Below, piece after piece: positions 44,401-58,551 of a DNA stretch of 64,000 nt. How positions within the stretch are numbered: the first letter of the stretch is position 1; the number at the start of each line of letters is the position of its first letter. Under the pieces are notes generated by a model. That model saw nothing but the letters and a program-made list of their open reading frames with translations. It searched no databases and was not told the DNA's origin. This stretch comes from Phyllobates terribilis (lineage: Eukaryota), in the NCBI RefSeq assembly GCF_046119375.1, contig NW_027362764.1, positions 151,404,001-151,468,000 of the forward strand. Reading direction: 5' to 3'. The position numbers were made by a program, and so were the translations under genes.

Positions 44401-46128
44401 TCATCCCAGTGCACAGAGCTCTTAAATTCACACAAAATCAAAAGTTAACCTACTGGGAGGTATTTGGCTGAGCTGTTACCATCTAAAATTGTATTTGTTA
44501 ACATTAAAATTATTCCCTCAAGGCTTGGAATAAAATAGTTTTCATTGGCTGGAGAACATAAAATCTCCAAGAACTTCAAATCAATTCATAAGCAAAGTTG
44601 TAAACCAGTGTAAATGAGGTGTTGGTATCATAATTAGAATGAATGCGACCACCCTCAACACATTAAGAAAATATTATCCTTCATGTATGACTTTCCTTAT
44701 CTGACTCGGTAACTCCAGATGTATGGCCAAGTAGTTGTACTGGTCAAGGGGTGTTATTCCTTCATCAGCCCACGTGAAATATAAACAAAACCAACCACAA
44801 AACCTAATGATATCATGCTCTGAACCATTTTAAATCATATCTTGAGATTTAAGGAAAACAATATCTGGCATCGCTAATGGATACACTTTCCATATTTCAG
44901 ATTAGGTTGTCATCTGTTCTTAAAGGGGTATTCCAGTTTTAGCAAATTAATGTTATTTTTTAGGTAATGACATATAGTTTTTGTAATGGTTTCTAATGGT
45001 TTTCTATGCTAAATGTCTCTCACTCAAAACATCTAGGATATGTTCACACGTTGCAGATTTTCATGCAGAAAATCCATATGGTAATACAGAACTAGCTAAA
45101 TAGATGAAATTAATAGCCCTCCCTTCTAGATGTTACGTGAAATTTTTAAGCTAAAATTCATAGGCGGTGTCAATTTTATAATCCACAGTGTGTCAATTCT
45201 TTGTGCAACATTCATTGCAAATTTCATCATCTTGCATTGCAAACTTCAACAAAATCTGAATGCAATACTTATGGATTTTGCTTCAGATAAGATGCATCAC
45301 CTGTCGGAAAATACCCTTAGGTTCCAATTCATCGACCTGTTTACACCAGAAAACTTGCGTATGACACTTTGAAAAGTTACCAAATTTTTCAGCAATGCCA
45401 AGTTGCGCAAAAAAGTTTTTGAGACTTTCAGTGTTTACACACATTTTGGGTAGCTCCACCACAATGGGCTACACCTGGCCATTGAATTCATCAAAAGATG
45501 GGCAGTGTTTCTTATACAAGAAATTTTGAAACTTTCTGTGTTTACACGCGTTTCGGGCAGGTCCACCACAATGGGCTATACCTGGCCAGTGAATTCATCA
45601 AAAGTTGGGCAGTGTTTCTTACACAAAAAATGTTATTCCACTCTTCAACTGAAGTAATATTTCCAGCTAGGCACACGGAGTTGCATGGCACTGATAAGAG
45701 GCACCAAATTCATTAAGTAGTGTGCGCCTCTTAATGCATTTGGTACATCTTATTGCTGCACATCAATAATTAAGACAGGCATAAAAAATGTCAGTTTTAA
45801 TTGAATTGCAGCCATAATGTCTACTTTCACTGAATATAAATCGGTGGAGATGTGCCGATTGCTTAGCGCAAACCCTAGTCTACAGAGGAACAGAATATGA
45901 AGTATCAGCCTTTGGGGGAGGTACACAGAGTAAACCAAAGTGGGAAATTCAGATTCATTAAAAACATATTAAAATGATGGCAATAAAGGCATCCTAAACA
46001 CTGTGCAACAAACCTAAACTGAGAATAATGAATGTGAGTTCTGTACATTCTTTTAAGCAGATTATCCAGCTATGGCTGGGGCAGCACAGCAAAACATCAA
46101 CATTTCTTATCAATTCCTTGCAAATATA

Positions 46129-47726
46129 CAGTTGAAACCAGAAGTTTACATACACTATATAAAAAGACACATATGCATGTTTTTCTCAGTATCTGACATG
46201 AAAACAGAATAAACCTTTCCTTTTAGATCAATTAGGATTACCATAATTTTTAATATTTGCCGAATGCCCAATAATGAGAGAAAATGTTTTAAGGCATTTT
46301 TATTACTTACTGCAAAGTCAATAGTTTACATACATTTCATTAGTATTTGGTACCATTGTCCTTAAACTGAATGACTTGGGTGAAACGTTTGGGATATCCT
46401 TCTACAAGCTTCTCACAATAGTTGGTCAGAATTTGGGCCCATTCGTCCTGACAAAACTGGTGTAACTGATCCAGGTTTGTAGGTCGCCTTGCTCAAACCT
46501 GCCTTTTCAGCTTTGCCCATAAATTTTCAATAGGATTGAGATCAGGGCTTTGTGATGGCCACTCCAAAACATTGACTTTGTTATCCTTAAGCCACTTTGT
46601 TACCATTTTGGCAGTATGCTACCTGTCATTGTCCATTTGGAAGACCCATTTCCGCCCAAGCTTTAACTTCCTGGCTGATGTCATGAGATGTTGCCACATA
46701 ATCTTCTTTTCGCATGATGCCATCTATTTTGTGAAGTGCACCAGTCCCTTCTGCAGCAAAACAACCCCACAACATGATTCTGCCACCCCCATGTTTCACA
46801 GTTGGGATGATATTCTTAGGCTTCCAAGCTTCTCCCTTTTTCCTCCAAACGTAACAATGGTTATTATGCCAAAAAAGTTAAATTTTTGTTTCATCAGACC
46901 ACAGGACATGTCTCCAAAAATTAAGGTCTTTGTTCCTGTGTGCATTTGCAAACATTAATCTGGCTTTTTTCTTTTTCTTTTGGAGTAATGGCTTCTTCCT
47001 GGCAGAGTGGCCTTTCAGCACATGTTGATACAATACTCGTTTCACTGTGGTTATTGACACAATCTTACCAGCTTCCACCATTATCTTTACAAGGTCTTTT
47101 GCTTTTGTTCTTGGGTTGATATGCACATGTCGGACCAAAGCATGTTCATCTTGGGGACAAAGAACCCGTCTCCTTCCTGAGCGGTATGGTGGCTGGACAT
47201 TCCCATCTTGTTTGTACTTGTGTATAATTGTTTGTACAGATGAAGGAGGCACCCTCAGGTATCTTGAAATTGTACCAGACAACCAGACATGTGCAACTCC
47301 ACAATTCTCTTCCTGATATCTTCGCTGATTTCTTTAAACTTTCCCATGATGCTACACAAAGAAGCAATATGTTTCAGGTGTGCATTAAAATACATCCACG
47401 GGTGTGTCTCTAATTAACTCAGATGTTGCCTTAAAACCTATCAGAAGCTTCCAGACACATGACATCATCATATGGGCAGTCCAGAATTATTTAAAGGCAT
47501 AGTAATCTTAGTGTATGTAAACTTTGGATTTTGCAGTAAGTAATAAAAAAATGCCTTGAAACATTCCCTCTCTCTCATTGTTCTGGCATTTGGCAAATAG
47601 TAAGAATTATGGTAATCCTAATTGACCTAAAAAGGGAAAGGTTTATTCTGTTTTCAAGTCAGATATTGAGAAAAACATGCATATGTGTCTTTTTATGTAG
47701 TGTATGTAAACTTCTGGTTTCAACTG
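46129..47726 (-). mobile_element. Full-length Sleeping Beauty-like Tc1 with decayed transposase (47347 to 46340)
   Basis: TA flanks; TIR CAGTTGAAACCAGAAGTTTACATACACT; inner DRs near 46322 and 47510. MGKFKEISEDIRKRIV start, [16 protein letters not shown]. Several frameshifts. Confidence 0.92.
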
Positions 47727-47953
47727 TATTTTAGTTGGATGTCAGCTAATATGTATAACTGTTATATTGCTATTTCTTTTCCCTGAAAATAATAACAAAG
47801 GCAAGATGTCAATGACAATACAGAAAGGTGAGAGAAAACAGAACTGGAGAATGGACAAAGGATGTGCAGCTAGAACAAGGAGCAGTATCGTGGGGAGACC
47901 AGAGTGGAAACTTAGAGATGCCAAGTGCAGTGTGTGGGAACAGGCAGGGTATG

Positions 47954-48695
47954 TGTAAGGGGGAAGACCGGGGTGTAAGTACTTTCAGAGCAAGGGATCC
48001 GGAACTGCCGGGGCCGTGCCTCTGGTTGCAGGGGGAAGACAGACTGCAAGCACAGGAGTCAGGTGACTGGGAAGCTGGGGGCGTGTCCAGAGGGAAATCT
48101 GGGAGGTCACGTGACCGAGAGACTGGTGGCGTGGGTAAAGAGAGGAAGAGACAAGGACATTTGCGTGGGAAAGCGGACCTGGGTCCTGCTCAGCAGAGCA
48201 GTGTGAGAGGGTCCAGGCTCCTGGCTCCAGGACTGGGAGCAAGAGCCGAGTGCAGTGGACCGGAGGAGTCAAGCCGACTAGAGAAGAGATGCAGGGTCGG
48301 TGGAGGCAGGCACGTGAGGTGCCATGTTATGGACTAGGGGCTCAGCGGGTAAAACCGGAGACCGCCCGCTGCCGCCAGAAGACGGAGCTTTGTTTGGGCG
48401 GGGAAGCCTGAAGAAATCAACACCGGCCCCAGCTGGCAACTGCCTTGTGGAGGAAAAGAGTCAGCTAAGTGTAAAAACTGTCGTTTACAACCGGTTTTAC
48501 TCTGCTATATCTAGTTAAACTGTGAACTGTCAGTTAAAGACTTTTACCTGCTACTTTCCTTGTTTTTCCCCATATTTCCCCCTGTTACTCCCTGCGTGGA
48601 GATTTATCCTGTTATTATAAACTTCCCCTTTTTATTAACCCTGTATTGGCTGCTCTGTGTTTCTGTGTTGCTGCATCTAAAGTACCCGTGTTACA
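47954..48695 (+). mobile_element. Solo LTR (742 bp)
   Basis: TGTAA..TTACA termini, 4-bp TSD TATG at 47950-53 and 48696-99, and ATAAA / poly(A)-signal-like sequence near the 3' end. Confidence 0.8.
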
Positions 48696-49171
48696 TATGA
48701 ACCAATTACAGCATCCCAGAAACAAGGAGATACAGGAACAGACCCCAAATAGAATGAATAGAAACCAATTGCAGCATCTAGGAGCAGGTCAGGATGGGAA
48801 CAAGTAGACCCAGGTACAGACCTCAAATGAGAAACCATAAGCAGGTCATAGTGAAAGCCATGAGATTTCAGGAGCAAATCTCAAATTTTAGCACAAGTAG
48901 TGTCAAGAAGCAAGTCAGGATCAGAACCGGGAGTAGATCTGAAATGAAACCAGGAGATACCAGAGGCACTGCTAAGGAATAGGTCAGGACGACAACTAGG
49001 ACATAACAGAAGCAAGTCTCAAACGTAAATAATAGATACTAATAATAGGTCAGAACCAGGATTCAAAGGGCCCAGAAGATACCAGGGGCTGAGTCCAGTG
49101 ATACATCAGGGTGGGAGCCAGGACATACAAGGAGCAGGTCTCTAATGCAACTGGGAGATATTAGGAGCATT

Positions 49172-50193
49172 TGACTCGCCCTGGGGGGATATGGGGGAGA
49201 CTCGGTACCTGGGCCTTTACCTTCTGTGGGATGTCACGGCAGTCAGCTCCCGGGCCCGTACTCTGGGGTCACTCTTTAAAACGGGTTTGTTAACAGTTTT
49301 GTCTCGTGACGCCACCTGTGGTTCCCGGTAATGAGTAGCGGCGCTGCTGCTGACCTCCGGGGGTGACGGGATGGCAGCTAGGATGTTTCTGATTCCCCAC
49401 AGGTGGAGCAGACCCCCGGGGCAGGGTTGATGGAAGGGATGCAGGTGAGAGGTGGCCCGGTCGGGTCAGGGGGAATGACGGACACGCACACAGGGGGTTC
49501 GCTTCAGTACCTTTACTGGTGTAATGGCAGGTAGGCTCCAGGGTACTTAATAGGAAGGGTGCACTTCAGGACTCTCACCAGTGAGCGGGTTGTAGGCCTC
49601 CTGGTCTGTGTCTTCCTCTCTCTAAGCTTCTGGCCAGCCTGGAACTTGGCCTAGCTTCTGTGTCGTTTTACTCTCTCATCTGACTGCTTGGTAGTAGGAC
49701 TTTTCTCTGGCAACCACTATCCCTGGACGCCGGGGCCTTCGTGGTTCCTAGTCCTGTAATTGATGGTAGCTTCAGGATGACCAAGGGTCTGGAAGACTCC
49801 TGGTATGCCGGTTGTCCCTACTGGGTGTAGAGAACCCTGTAGGCGCGGATCCGGTGTCCGGCTTGCGACCTGGGGCGAGCATCAGATGCTCCTCTGCCCC
49901 CTTAACTCCTCTCTCCTCTCTCCTTGCCTCGGCCGCACTTGGGGCCCTCAGTACACAGCAGCTCACGTGATGCTTCTTCACTGATCTAAGCGCCAGCACA
50001 CTGTCTGACTGAACTATCTCTCTGACTGAACTGCATGACTCCACCCTCCATATATATATCCCTAACAGGGCTCCCTCTAGTGGTATGAGGTGGAAGGGTG
50101 GAGGTGTTTGTAATGTAATGAGGGCCTCTTGTGGAGGAGTCCGTCCATGCACCCTTTTGGGTCCTGTGGTACCTGTAGTAGCAGGGTGCCACA
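49172..50193 (-). repeat. 3' LTR of the Gypsy element
   Basis: Direct repeat of 56082-57095; TGTGGCACC..GGGCGAGTCA on the minus strand. Confidence 0.93.
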
Positions 50194-50651
50194 TTCCCCC
50201 CTAGTACAATTCAATACTCCTGGACTGAAGCATTTCAAACAGGTAACAACAAATAACAATAATAATAACAACAGTGTTACAGTAAGTCCCGTCACCAGGT
50301 GTCCATTTCACTGATGAAGGTGTAACAAGAGTAACATGAGGGACCTGCCTGAAAACCCTCAACGTAGGCCCTGGGCGTGGCTACAGAGTATAGGTGATCC
50401 AGGTGTTGGACCACGTCTTCGGCCACGCCAAACGGGTTTTTGTTCTGTGGTCTTTTTATGAAACAAATAAGGGGGCACTTTGGTAAGTGCAACTATTTAC
50501 AAGTGAAAGTTTTTGGCTGCTCACAGTCCTCAGCCTACAAGTCTTTATACCCTCACGGGTAACTAAATGAACACATTATTTCAGTTTACACAATAAATAA
50601 CAGTAGGCAATACCCAACTGAGTAACTATTTACAAGGTAGGCGTTTTGTAT

Positions 50652-53600
50652 TTAATCCCTATACCTGGCAGGGATTTGGCCTTGTGTGCTGTATGTGGAC
50701 CTTCGTAGCACTGGGGTGATACTGGTGTCTGTGCATGCACTCTCTGTTAACCTATCAGGTGTACGTGCTGGTAGATTATAAAACTGCCTTAATCTCTCTA
50801 TGGGACTGGCAAGTGCTCTGATTACTGGGCCTTCAGGCTCTGCCTCAACGGGTGATCCTCCTCTTACTGGGGACTCTTCCTGTTCCTGAGCAGGTTCTTC
50901 TAGGGCGCTCACAAGTTCTTCTTGTGGTTGACAGAAGTGTATTACTGGTATAATAAATGCTCCATCAAGTTGAGGCCAGTCCGCAGGGAAGTCTCCTAGA
51001 ACTGTATGAAGTACATCTTCCTTGGGTTTCTCCGGCATTACAAGAGGTGCTTCTTCCTCCGGTGTCTTCAGTAGACCTGGGCACAATTTCAAGTGGTCTC
51101 TTGAGATTGTTGCGGTTGTTTTACCTCCTTCCTTGCTGATCAGGCAGGTTTTGGTGTTGTCAAATTTGGAATTTAACACTGTGTAGGGCTCTCTTTCCCA
51201 CTGGTCATTGAGCTTGTGACCTCTCCTTTTCACCTTGAGCACTATCTCTCTGGCTGCCAAGGGTCCTGCTGGTGCATGTTTGTTATGCTGCCCTTCTTGT
51301 CTTTCCCTCACCTTGTTTAGACTGTCTTCGACACAGGCCTGTACTTTCCTGTACTGCTCTTGCCGACTTGTCTCCCAATCTTCAGTAGACGTATCTGCAG
51401 CAGGTTCTACCACTCCGAGCTCCAGGTCCATGGGCAATTTTCCAGGTCTTGCTCTCATGAGGTACGCTGGGGTACAATTAGTAGAACTCACAGGTATGTG
51501 GTTATACAGGTCCACTAGGTCATGTAGTTTGTCTGGCCACTGGTTCCTCTCCTCCAAAGGTAGGGTTTTTAACAGGTCTATAACGATGTTATTCATTTTC
51601 TCGCACATACCGTTGGTTTGCGAATAATATGGCATAGTTCGGATCTTCTTGCATCCATACAGGTGACAGAATTCTTTGAATAGCTCAGCTTCAAAAGCAG
51701 GGCCTTGATCTGTGAGCACCTTGTCCGGCTATCCATGGGGTCTGCAGAAGTAGGCTTGAAACGTTCTTGCTGCAGTTTCTGCTGTCAGATCCTTGACGGG
51801 GGCTAGCACCAGGAACCGGGAATAGTGATCCACTATGGTCAGGGCATAGGAATAGCCTGATCTGCTGGGCGACAGTTTGATGTGATCCAGAGTGACAATC
51901 TCCAGGGGTTGGGTTGTCTTGATGGACTGCAAGGGTGCTTTCTGGCTGCCGTAGTCTTTCCTTCTGAGGCTATAGGGCCCACAATTCCGGCACCACCTTT
52001 CTATGGAACTCCGCATTCCAGCCCAATAGAACCGGTCCTTCAGCAGGGTTTCCAGCTTCTTCCAGCCAAAGTGACCTGCTTGGTCGTGGTAGGCCTCTAA
52101 CACCATCTGGATATCCGTCCTGGGTACAACAATCTGCCACACCATTTCATGGGTTCTGGGGTTGACATACCTTCTGCACAGCTTTTCTCTGTAGATGAAC
52201 AGCCGGCTTCTCTCATTCCACAGGTGTTTGGCTTGTGGAGGAGCATCCTTCTCCAGGTGAGAACCTTATTGGGTTATCAGTCCTTTGTTGAGGCTGACAA
52301 CCGGGTCACTATCCTGGGTCTCCTTCCAACTGTGATGAGGTAAAGGATTCAGCACCTACCATGACAAATCTTCTGGAGGCGTGTTGCTTGTGGACCACTC
52401 CGCTTCTGTGGAAAGCAGGTAATTCAACTTCTTCTAGGTCATCCACTTCATCCTCGGTGTCTAACTGGTGGGGCATTCTTGACAGAGCATCAGCGTTGGT
52501 GTTCTTGTGACCTGCCCGGTACTTGTGAACTGATAATTCAACAGTCTGGCCACCCAAAGCTGTTCCATGGCTCCCAACCTGGCTGTCTCCAGGTGTGTCA
52601 AGGGATTATTGTCGGTAAAGGCTGTGAATTTGGTTGAGGCTAGGTAATGCTTGAATCTTTCAGTGATAGCCCAGACCAAGGCCAGGAACTCCAGCTTGAA
52701 GGAACTGTAATTCTCCAGGTTCCTCTCAGTAGGGCGAAGCTTCCTACTGGCTTAGGCAATTACCTTTTCTCTGCCGTTTTGCTTCTGGGACAACACAGCT
52801 CCCAGTCCCTCGTTGCTGGCGTCGTTGTACAACAGGAAAGGTTGGCTGTAGTCGGGGTAAGCCAGGATTTCCTCAAAGGTTAGGACTTTCTTCATCGATG
52901 CAAAGGACTCAGTCTGCTCTTTGCCCCACTGGAAAGGGGGACTTTTTCCTCTTTTGGACTGTCCTACCAGGAGATCTTGTAGAGGTGCTGCCTTTTTGGT
53001 ATAGTTCTTAATGAACCTCCTGTAGTACCCGACCAGTCCTAGAAATTGACTTACTTCTTTGATGTTCCTTGGTTCAGGCCACTTCTGGATGGCAGTGACC
53101 TTCTCCGGGTCTGGTGCTACTCCCTCTGAGCTGACCACGTGTCCCAGGTACTGAATCTTCTGCTTGAGCAGGTGGCACTTAGAAGGTTTTAGTTTCATCC
53201 CATACCGGGACAATGCCTCAAATACCTCCGCCAGGTGCTTCAGATGGTCTTCATACGTCCTCGAGTACACGATAACGTCATCTAGGTATAGCAGCACTGT
53301 CTCAAGTTCTGGTGTCCCAAGCAACACTCCATCAACCTCTGGAACGTTCTGGGTGCGTTGCAGAGTCCAAATGGCATGCTGTTGAACTCGCATAATCCCA
53401 TCGGGGTGGTGAAGGCTGTCTTCTCCCGGTCTTCCTCAGCAACAGAGACTTGCCAGTACCCGCTAGTGAGATCCAATGTAGAGAAATAATTGGCAGATTT
53501 TAGTGCAGCCAGGGATTCCTCTATACGGGGAAAAGGGTATGCATCTTTATGTGTTATTCGATTAATTTGTCTATAATCTGCGCAGATCCTCATGCTACCA

Positions 53601-54676
53601 TCCTTCTTTCTGACCAGGACCAGGGGAGCTGCCCAGGGGCTACAGCTATCCCTTACTACCCCTGCCTTTTTCATGTCATGCAACATTTCTTTGGCTTTTT
53701 GGTAATGTGCTGGTGGTATGGGTCTGTAACGCTCCTTAATGGGTGGATGGTTACCGGTGGGTATGTGGTGTTGTACCCCTTTAACCCTTCCAAAATCAAG
53801 TGGGTATTTACTAAACACCTGTTCATATTCCTGAACCACTCTGTAAACACCATGTTTCTGATGGACAGGAGTGGCGTCAGTCCCAACATGGAGCTGTTGA
53901 CACCATTCCTCCAGCTGAGCTTCGGAGTCATTGTCCTCCACTGTATCCGGTGGGGTCAAGGATTCCACTGTGTGTATGGCATCATTATTCACAGTATACA
54001 GTCTGGCAACAGTGGCGTATCGTGGCAATTTAACTTCCTCCTCCCCGCAATTTAGGAGATGTACGGGTACCCTCCCATTGCGCACATCAACTACCCCTCT
54101 AGCAGTTAGGAGTGTAGGTCTGTGCTCCGAGTTGATGGGCTCTACTACCGCCTGGTAGTTCTGTCCCTTGAGACCTATTGCTGCCCTACACCAAATCAGC
54201 ATTTCACTCATTGGGGGAATCACAATGGGCATCGGGTCTGTCACCCGTACATTTCTAATCTCACCACCTGTTAGCTTTACCTGTTGCTGGTTCAGGAGGG
54301 CACGAATTTCCTTCTGGAGCACCTTCCTCTGCCCTGGTTTGGCAGTGTCAGCAATCTGTTGTAGTAAAAACAACACTTCTCCCAAACAGTTACCAACAAC
54401 ATTTGTTCCAAGTATCATATATGAATTTGCATCACCAGGGTTAGATTCTATGACAATCAGTCCTTGGTCCTTTAGTTCCACTCTCCCCACCTTCACTGTC
54501 ACGTCTTTAACCCCTACCAGGTTAAGAGGAAGGCCATTGGAGGCATACACAGAGAGATTTGGGGCTGGCGGCTGGAGTTCATCTATGGACCAGTACCTTT
54601 TGTAGAGGACATCAGGTATGATGGTTAACTGTGAGCCGGTGTCCAGTAGTGCAGGTGTTGCTATGCCGTCCAGCAC
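50652..54676 (-). pseudogene. Gypsy pol (protease, RT, RNase H, integrase) broken by frameshifts and stops
   Basis: LLDTGS; WAAPLVLV, LDLTSGYWQV, MPFGL, YLDDVIVY; DASNEGLGAVL, TDNNPL; HDQAGH..CRNC, LDHI, TDQGPAFE, NGMCEKMN. Confidence 0.93.
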
Positions 54677-54738
54677 GATGGACAGGAAAGGCCTTCCTCC
54701 TATGAACCGGTCGTACCAGCTTGATGGGCCTGGTTGAT

Positions 54739-55771
54739 CTACTCCTGGGTGTCGGCCCTTGGCCCCAGGGTTTGCCCGTTTAAAGGACAGATCCGCGCTG
54801 TGTGGCCTGTCTCATGGCAATGGCAGCAGATGAGTTCTCCTGGAGGGCGACATTGGTCGTTGGTCCTACCATGGGGTGGCGTTGTCCTCCTTCTTCTCTT
54901 CATCCAGGAGATATCCTCAGGACTATCGGCGAGTAGGATCCTTCCATTCGGCTCGGGCTCCACCTGTAGCTGCAGGGCGCTCAGGACAGTGGTCAGGGTT
55001 TTACTTAGCTGACGCACTTCAGAGCGCAGGCTGTCCAGTTCTCTGGGGGGCGCTGTTTGCACTTTTGTCTCAGCCGCTAATGAAGGGGCAGTGAGTGTTG
55101 TGGCCATTGGGGTGGCCCCACCCTGGTAACGCTGGGTAGAAGTATCTGATGTTTCCAGGGGCTGAAGGCCCTTAATAGCCATGTCCTTCAGGGTGTCCAA
55201 GGGGGCATTTGGATGATCTAAGGCCCTCCACCGTACAGTTCTGCTCTCCTCCTGGGACCTCAACCGCCGGATGAATTGTTCTGTCAGCATTTTGTTCTCA
55301 TCATGTATGCTGGCTGGACTAACCTGTTTCAGGGCCCGCAGTGCCTCTTGTAGACATCAGGCATAGTCCCAGATACTGTCCTCAGGTTTCTGGGTACAGT
55401 GGTAGAACCTCATTCGAAGATCTGTCTCAGTGCGGTTTTCAAAGGCAGTTTGCAGTCTCTTAAATAGTTTCAACTTCCCGCTCTGCGGCACCAGTCAATT
55501 GTCCCAGCACAACAGCGGCTCTCTGTTTACCAGTCATTGAGTACATGTCTAATACACCGCATATTTTCCTTTTGAATCCAGACAGGGTGTCTGGTTTGCC
55601 GTCATACTGGGGAAGCCATTTCGCTCCGGGGATATACGGTAGGGCCATGGGTATCAATGGAGTCACGACCCCTGCTGGTGGGGCAGTCGCTCCGCACTGA
55701 GCAGCGCCGGGCGCAAGTTGAACATCGGGAGCGTTAACTGGTGCTCTGGCGTCTTGCTGGTCATCGGCCAT
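54739..55771 (-). pseudogene. Gypsy gag (frameshifted) with CCHC zinc knuckle
   Basis: MADDQQ start, WLPQYDGKP, and CCHCHETGHTARIC knuckle. Confidence 0.85.
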
Positions 55772-56058
55772 GGTTGCGTCCCCCTAGTAAACCGTAGCTT
55801 ACCTTCTCTTTCTTTTTCGGGTAGGCCACAGCTCCGTAGACGACTGTCTCCTTCCAGGACCTGATGCTTCCTGGTGCTGCATCAGAGCGCGAGGTGGGGC
55901 TTGAGCTTCGTGCGCTACCAACAGTCACGCCTCTCTGGTTCCCGCGGTTACGCCCCTCTTCTTCCCGTGCGGCGACGCGATAATGGCGGCGATGTTCACC
56001 ACAGTTAAAACACAGTTCAATACGGCACACAGTACCTGATGGCAATGGGCACGAAATA

Positions 56059-56073
56059 CTGTTCGTGACGCCA
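56059..56073 (-). promoter_or_regulatory. Primer-binding site complementary to the tRNA-Ser(CGA) 3' end
   Basis: TGGCGTCACGAACAG on the minus strand, 8 nt after the 5' LTR. Complementary to the recalled ..CTGTTCGTGACGCCA end of tRNA-Ser(CGA). Confidence 0.8.
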
Positions 56074-56081
56074 GGAAGAGC

Positions 56082-57095
56082 TGACTCGCCCAGGTGGGAT
56101 ATGGGGGAGACTCGGTACCCGGGCCTTTACCTTCTGTGGGATGTCACGGCAGTCGGCTCCCGGGCCCGTACTCTGGGGTCACTCTTTAAAAGGGGTTTGT
56201 TAACAGTTTTGTCTCGTGACGCCACCTGTGGTTCCCGGTAATGAGTACCAGCGCAGCTGCAGACCTCCGGGGGTGATGGGATGGCAGCTAGGATGTTTCT
56301 GCTTCCCACAGGCGGAGCGGGCCCCCGGGGCAGGGTTGATGGAAGGGATGCAGGTGAGAGGTGGCCCGGTCGAGTCAGGGGGAATGACGGACACGCACAC
56401 AGGGGGTTCGCTTCAGTACCTTTACTGGTGTAACGGCAGGTAGGGTCCAGGGTACTTAATAGGAAGGGTGCACTTCAGGACTCTCACCAGTGAGCGGGTT
56501 GTAGGCCTCCTTGTCCGTGTCTTCCTCTCTCTAAGCTTCTGGCCAGCCTGGAACTTGGCCTAGCTTCTATGTCGTTTTGCTCTCTCACCTGACTGCTTGG
56601 TAGTAGGACTTTTCTCTGGCAACCACTAAACCTGGACGCCGGGGCCTTCGTGGTTCCTAGTCCTGTAATTGATGGTAGCTACAGGATGACCAGGCGTCTG
56701 GAAACCTCCTGGTATGCCGGTTGTCCCTCCTGGGTGTAGAGAACCCTGTAGGCGTGGACCCGGTGTCCGGCTTGCGACCTGGGGCGAGCTTCAGATGCTC
56801 CTCTGCCCCCTTAACTCCTCTCTCCTTGCCACGGCCACACTCGGGGCCCTCAGTACACAGCAGCTCACGTGCTGCTTCTTCTCTGGTCTAAGCGCCAGCA
56901 CACTGTCTGGCTGAACTAACTATCTGACTGAACTGCCTGACTCCACCCTCCATATATATATCACTAACAGGGCTCCCTCTAGTGGTATGAGGTGGAAGGG
57001 TGGAGGTGTTTGTAATGTAATGAGGGCCTCTTGTGGAGGAGTCCGTCCATGCACCCTTTTGGGTCCTGTGGTACCTGTAGTAGCAGGGTGCCACA
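56082..57095 (-). repeat. 5' LTR of the Gypsy element
   Basis: Direct repeat of 49172-50193; TATA-like GATATATATATG near 56955. Confidence 0.93.
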
Positions 57096-58551
57096 CATTG
57101 ACTATCAGGCCTCTTACAGAACCAGGAGATGCTGGGAGCATCAATCAAGAACATGCCTGAGAGGGAGTCAGGAACAGGGATACCAGGAACATGTCAAGAA
57201 GATTAAAAAGGTCACAGCACATAAATGTGGCAGATAGTACAAGTACTAGAAACAGAGTACTATAAGGAAAGGTCCACAGAACTAAACCTAATGTTCTATG
57301 AACTGTATATAAAGAGAGATTGGGATGATGGAACTAGCTGGGTTATATTGGAGACCTTGATAAGCTCTTGAGAAATAGCTGCAAAGCAACAAAGCTCTGA
57401 ACATTGAAGAATTAACCTTTGCTTTGCTGAAGGAGCCAGAAATGGTCATGTGCAATGGAAAGAGACTAACACAGAAACATAAGAGAGCTGAATTGTACCC
57501 AGAGCAGAAGAGTTGGATTGATAGTACACACTTGGATCAGACTTAAATAGACCACAAGAATCAAACTGTATCTTGCCAGCAAGGGAGAGATGTTCTTGAT
57601 AAGATATTTTCAAACTATTGTTCTGAGAGTTGTATAGTGGAAGCGTATTATACAAGTCCAAAAAATACCAATGAAATTTGTTTGCATGTCTCTTGTACAG
57701 TCATTAACATTTCAACTATGATTTCAGAAGCAGAAACATTTACATTCAATGTGCTAGAGGGTGGTATATCCATTTTCAGCTGCTTACATCAAATACCACC
57801 CTCTCTTTAATTTCTCCACTCTGATCACATTGAAAAATAATCAATTACGATACACAAACTGGAAAACCCATTAGAGAGGAATTGCCTGGGTGAACAAAAG
57901 GAATTTGTTAAACGTTAAAGCTTCCCTATGAGGATACATTAGTAAATATATTAAGTGTGAGATTTTTCTGGAACCCCAACGGAAGTAATTACAATGAAAT
58001 ATACAGCATGTCAGGGGACTTCAGAAGTACACAGGACTTCATGGGGGGTCCTTCCATTTGCATAGATAGATTAAATGTACACCGAACTAGTCTGTGGATT
58101 TGTGAGACTATCATACAGATGAAGAAGGATAATTTTAGACCTGGATTATCCAAGTTATCTTAGTGGTCATCTAAGTTTGGGTCAGTAGAACAACAGTTGG
58201 CTTGCATAATAAATAAAATGGTGAAGCTGTACCTCAATCACCTAAGCACACCAAACCAACAGACTGTCAATCACAGATTCAAGCATATAAAAGAAAAAAG
58301 AAGAAGGTCTCATTAAATATATCTCCACAAAAAAAAGAGAGAAAGGTAGACAGAGAGTGCACCAATCTAAGTGTAGTATATAGTGGTAATATGAATATTT
58401 ATAATGGTCTTTTGCACTCACCTTTATTTGGTCTTTAAATTCAGCTAACCGATCTCTAAGGATCTCAAAGAAAGGGATTTTCTCCTTTCAGTAGGGTTGC
58501 TGCATACACCTGGTGGCTATTCGATAGCCCTGCTCGGGTTATCATAGGAAA

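Larger units (their letters stand above)
49172..57095 (-). mobile_element. Full-length but decayed Ty3/Gypsy LTR retrotransposon (7.9 kb)
   Basis: Two ~1-kb LTRs about 95% identical by eye, a PBS, a PPT (GGGGGGAA at 50194-50201) and gag-PR-RT-RH-IN order. CATT flanks both sides if the right boundary is taken at 57093. Confidence 0.95.

Noticed and set aside
44690-44810. Minus-strand exon candidate (FCGWFCLYFTWADEGITPLDQYNYLAIHLELP)
   Set aside because: Weak polypyrimidine tract, ambiguous donor and no recognisable homology. Worth a BLAST but not supportable here.
50652-54676. Gmr1-type Gypsy (integrase before RT) or a retrovirus with env
   Set aside because: Domain order is PR-RT-RH-IN, and no env-like ORF lies between integrase and the 3' LTR.
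57446-58163. Short ORFs 57446-57661 (-) and 57957-58163 (+) as genes
   Set aside because: Non-ATG starts, no convincing splice signals and no recognisable domain.
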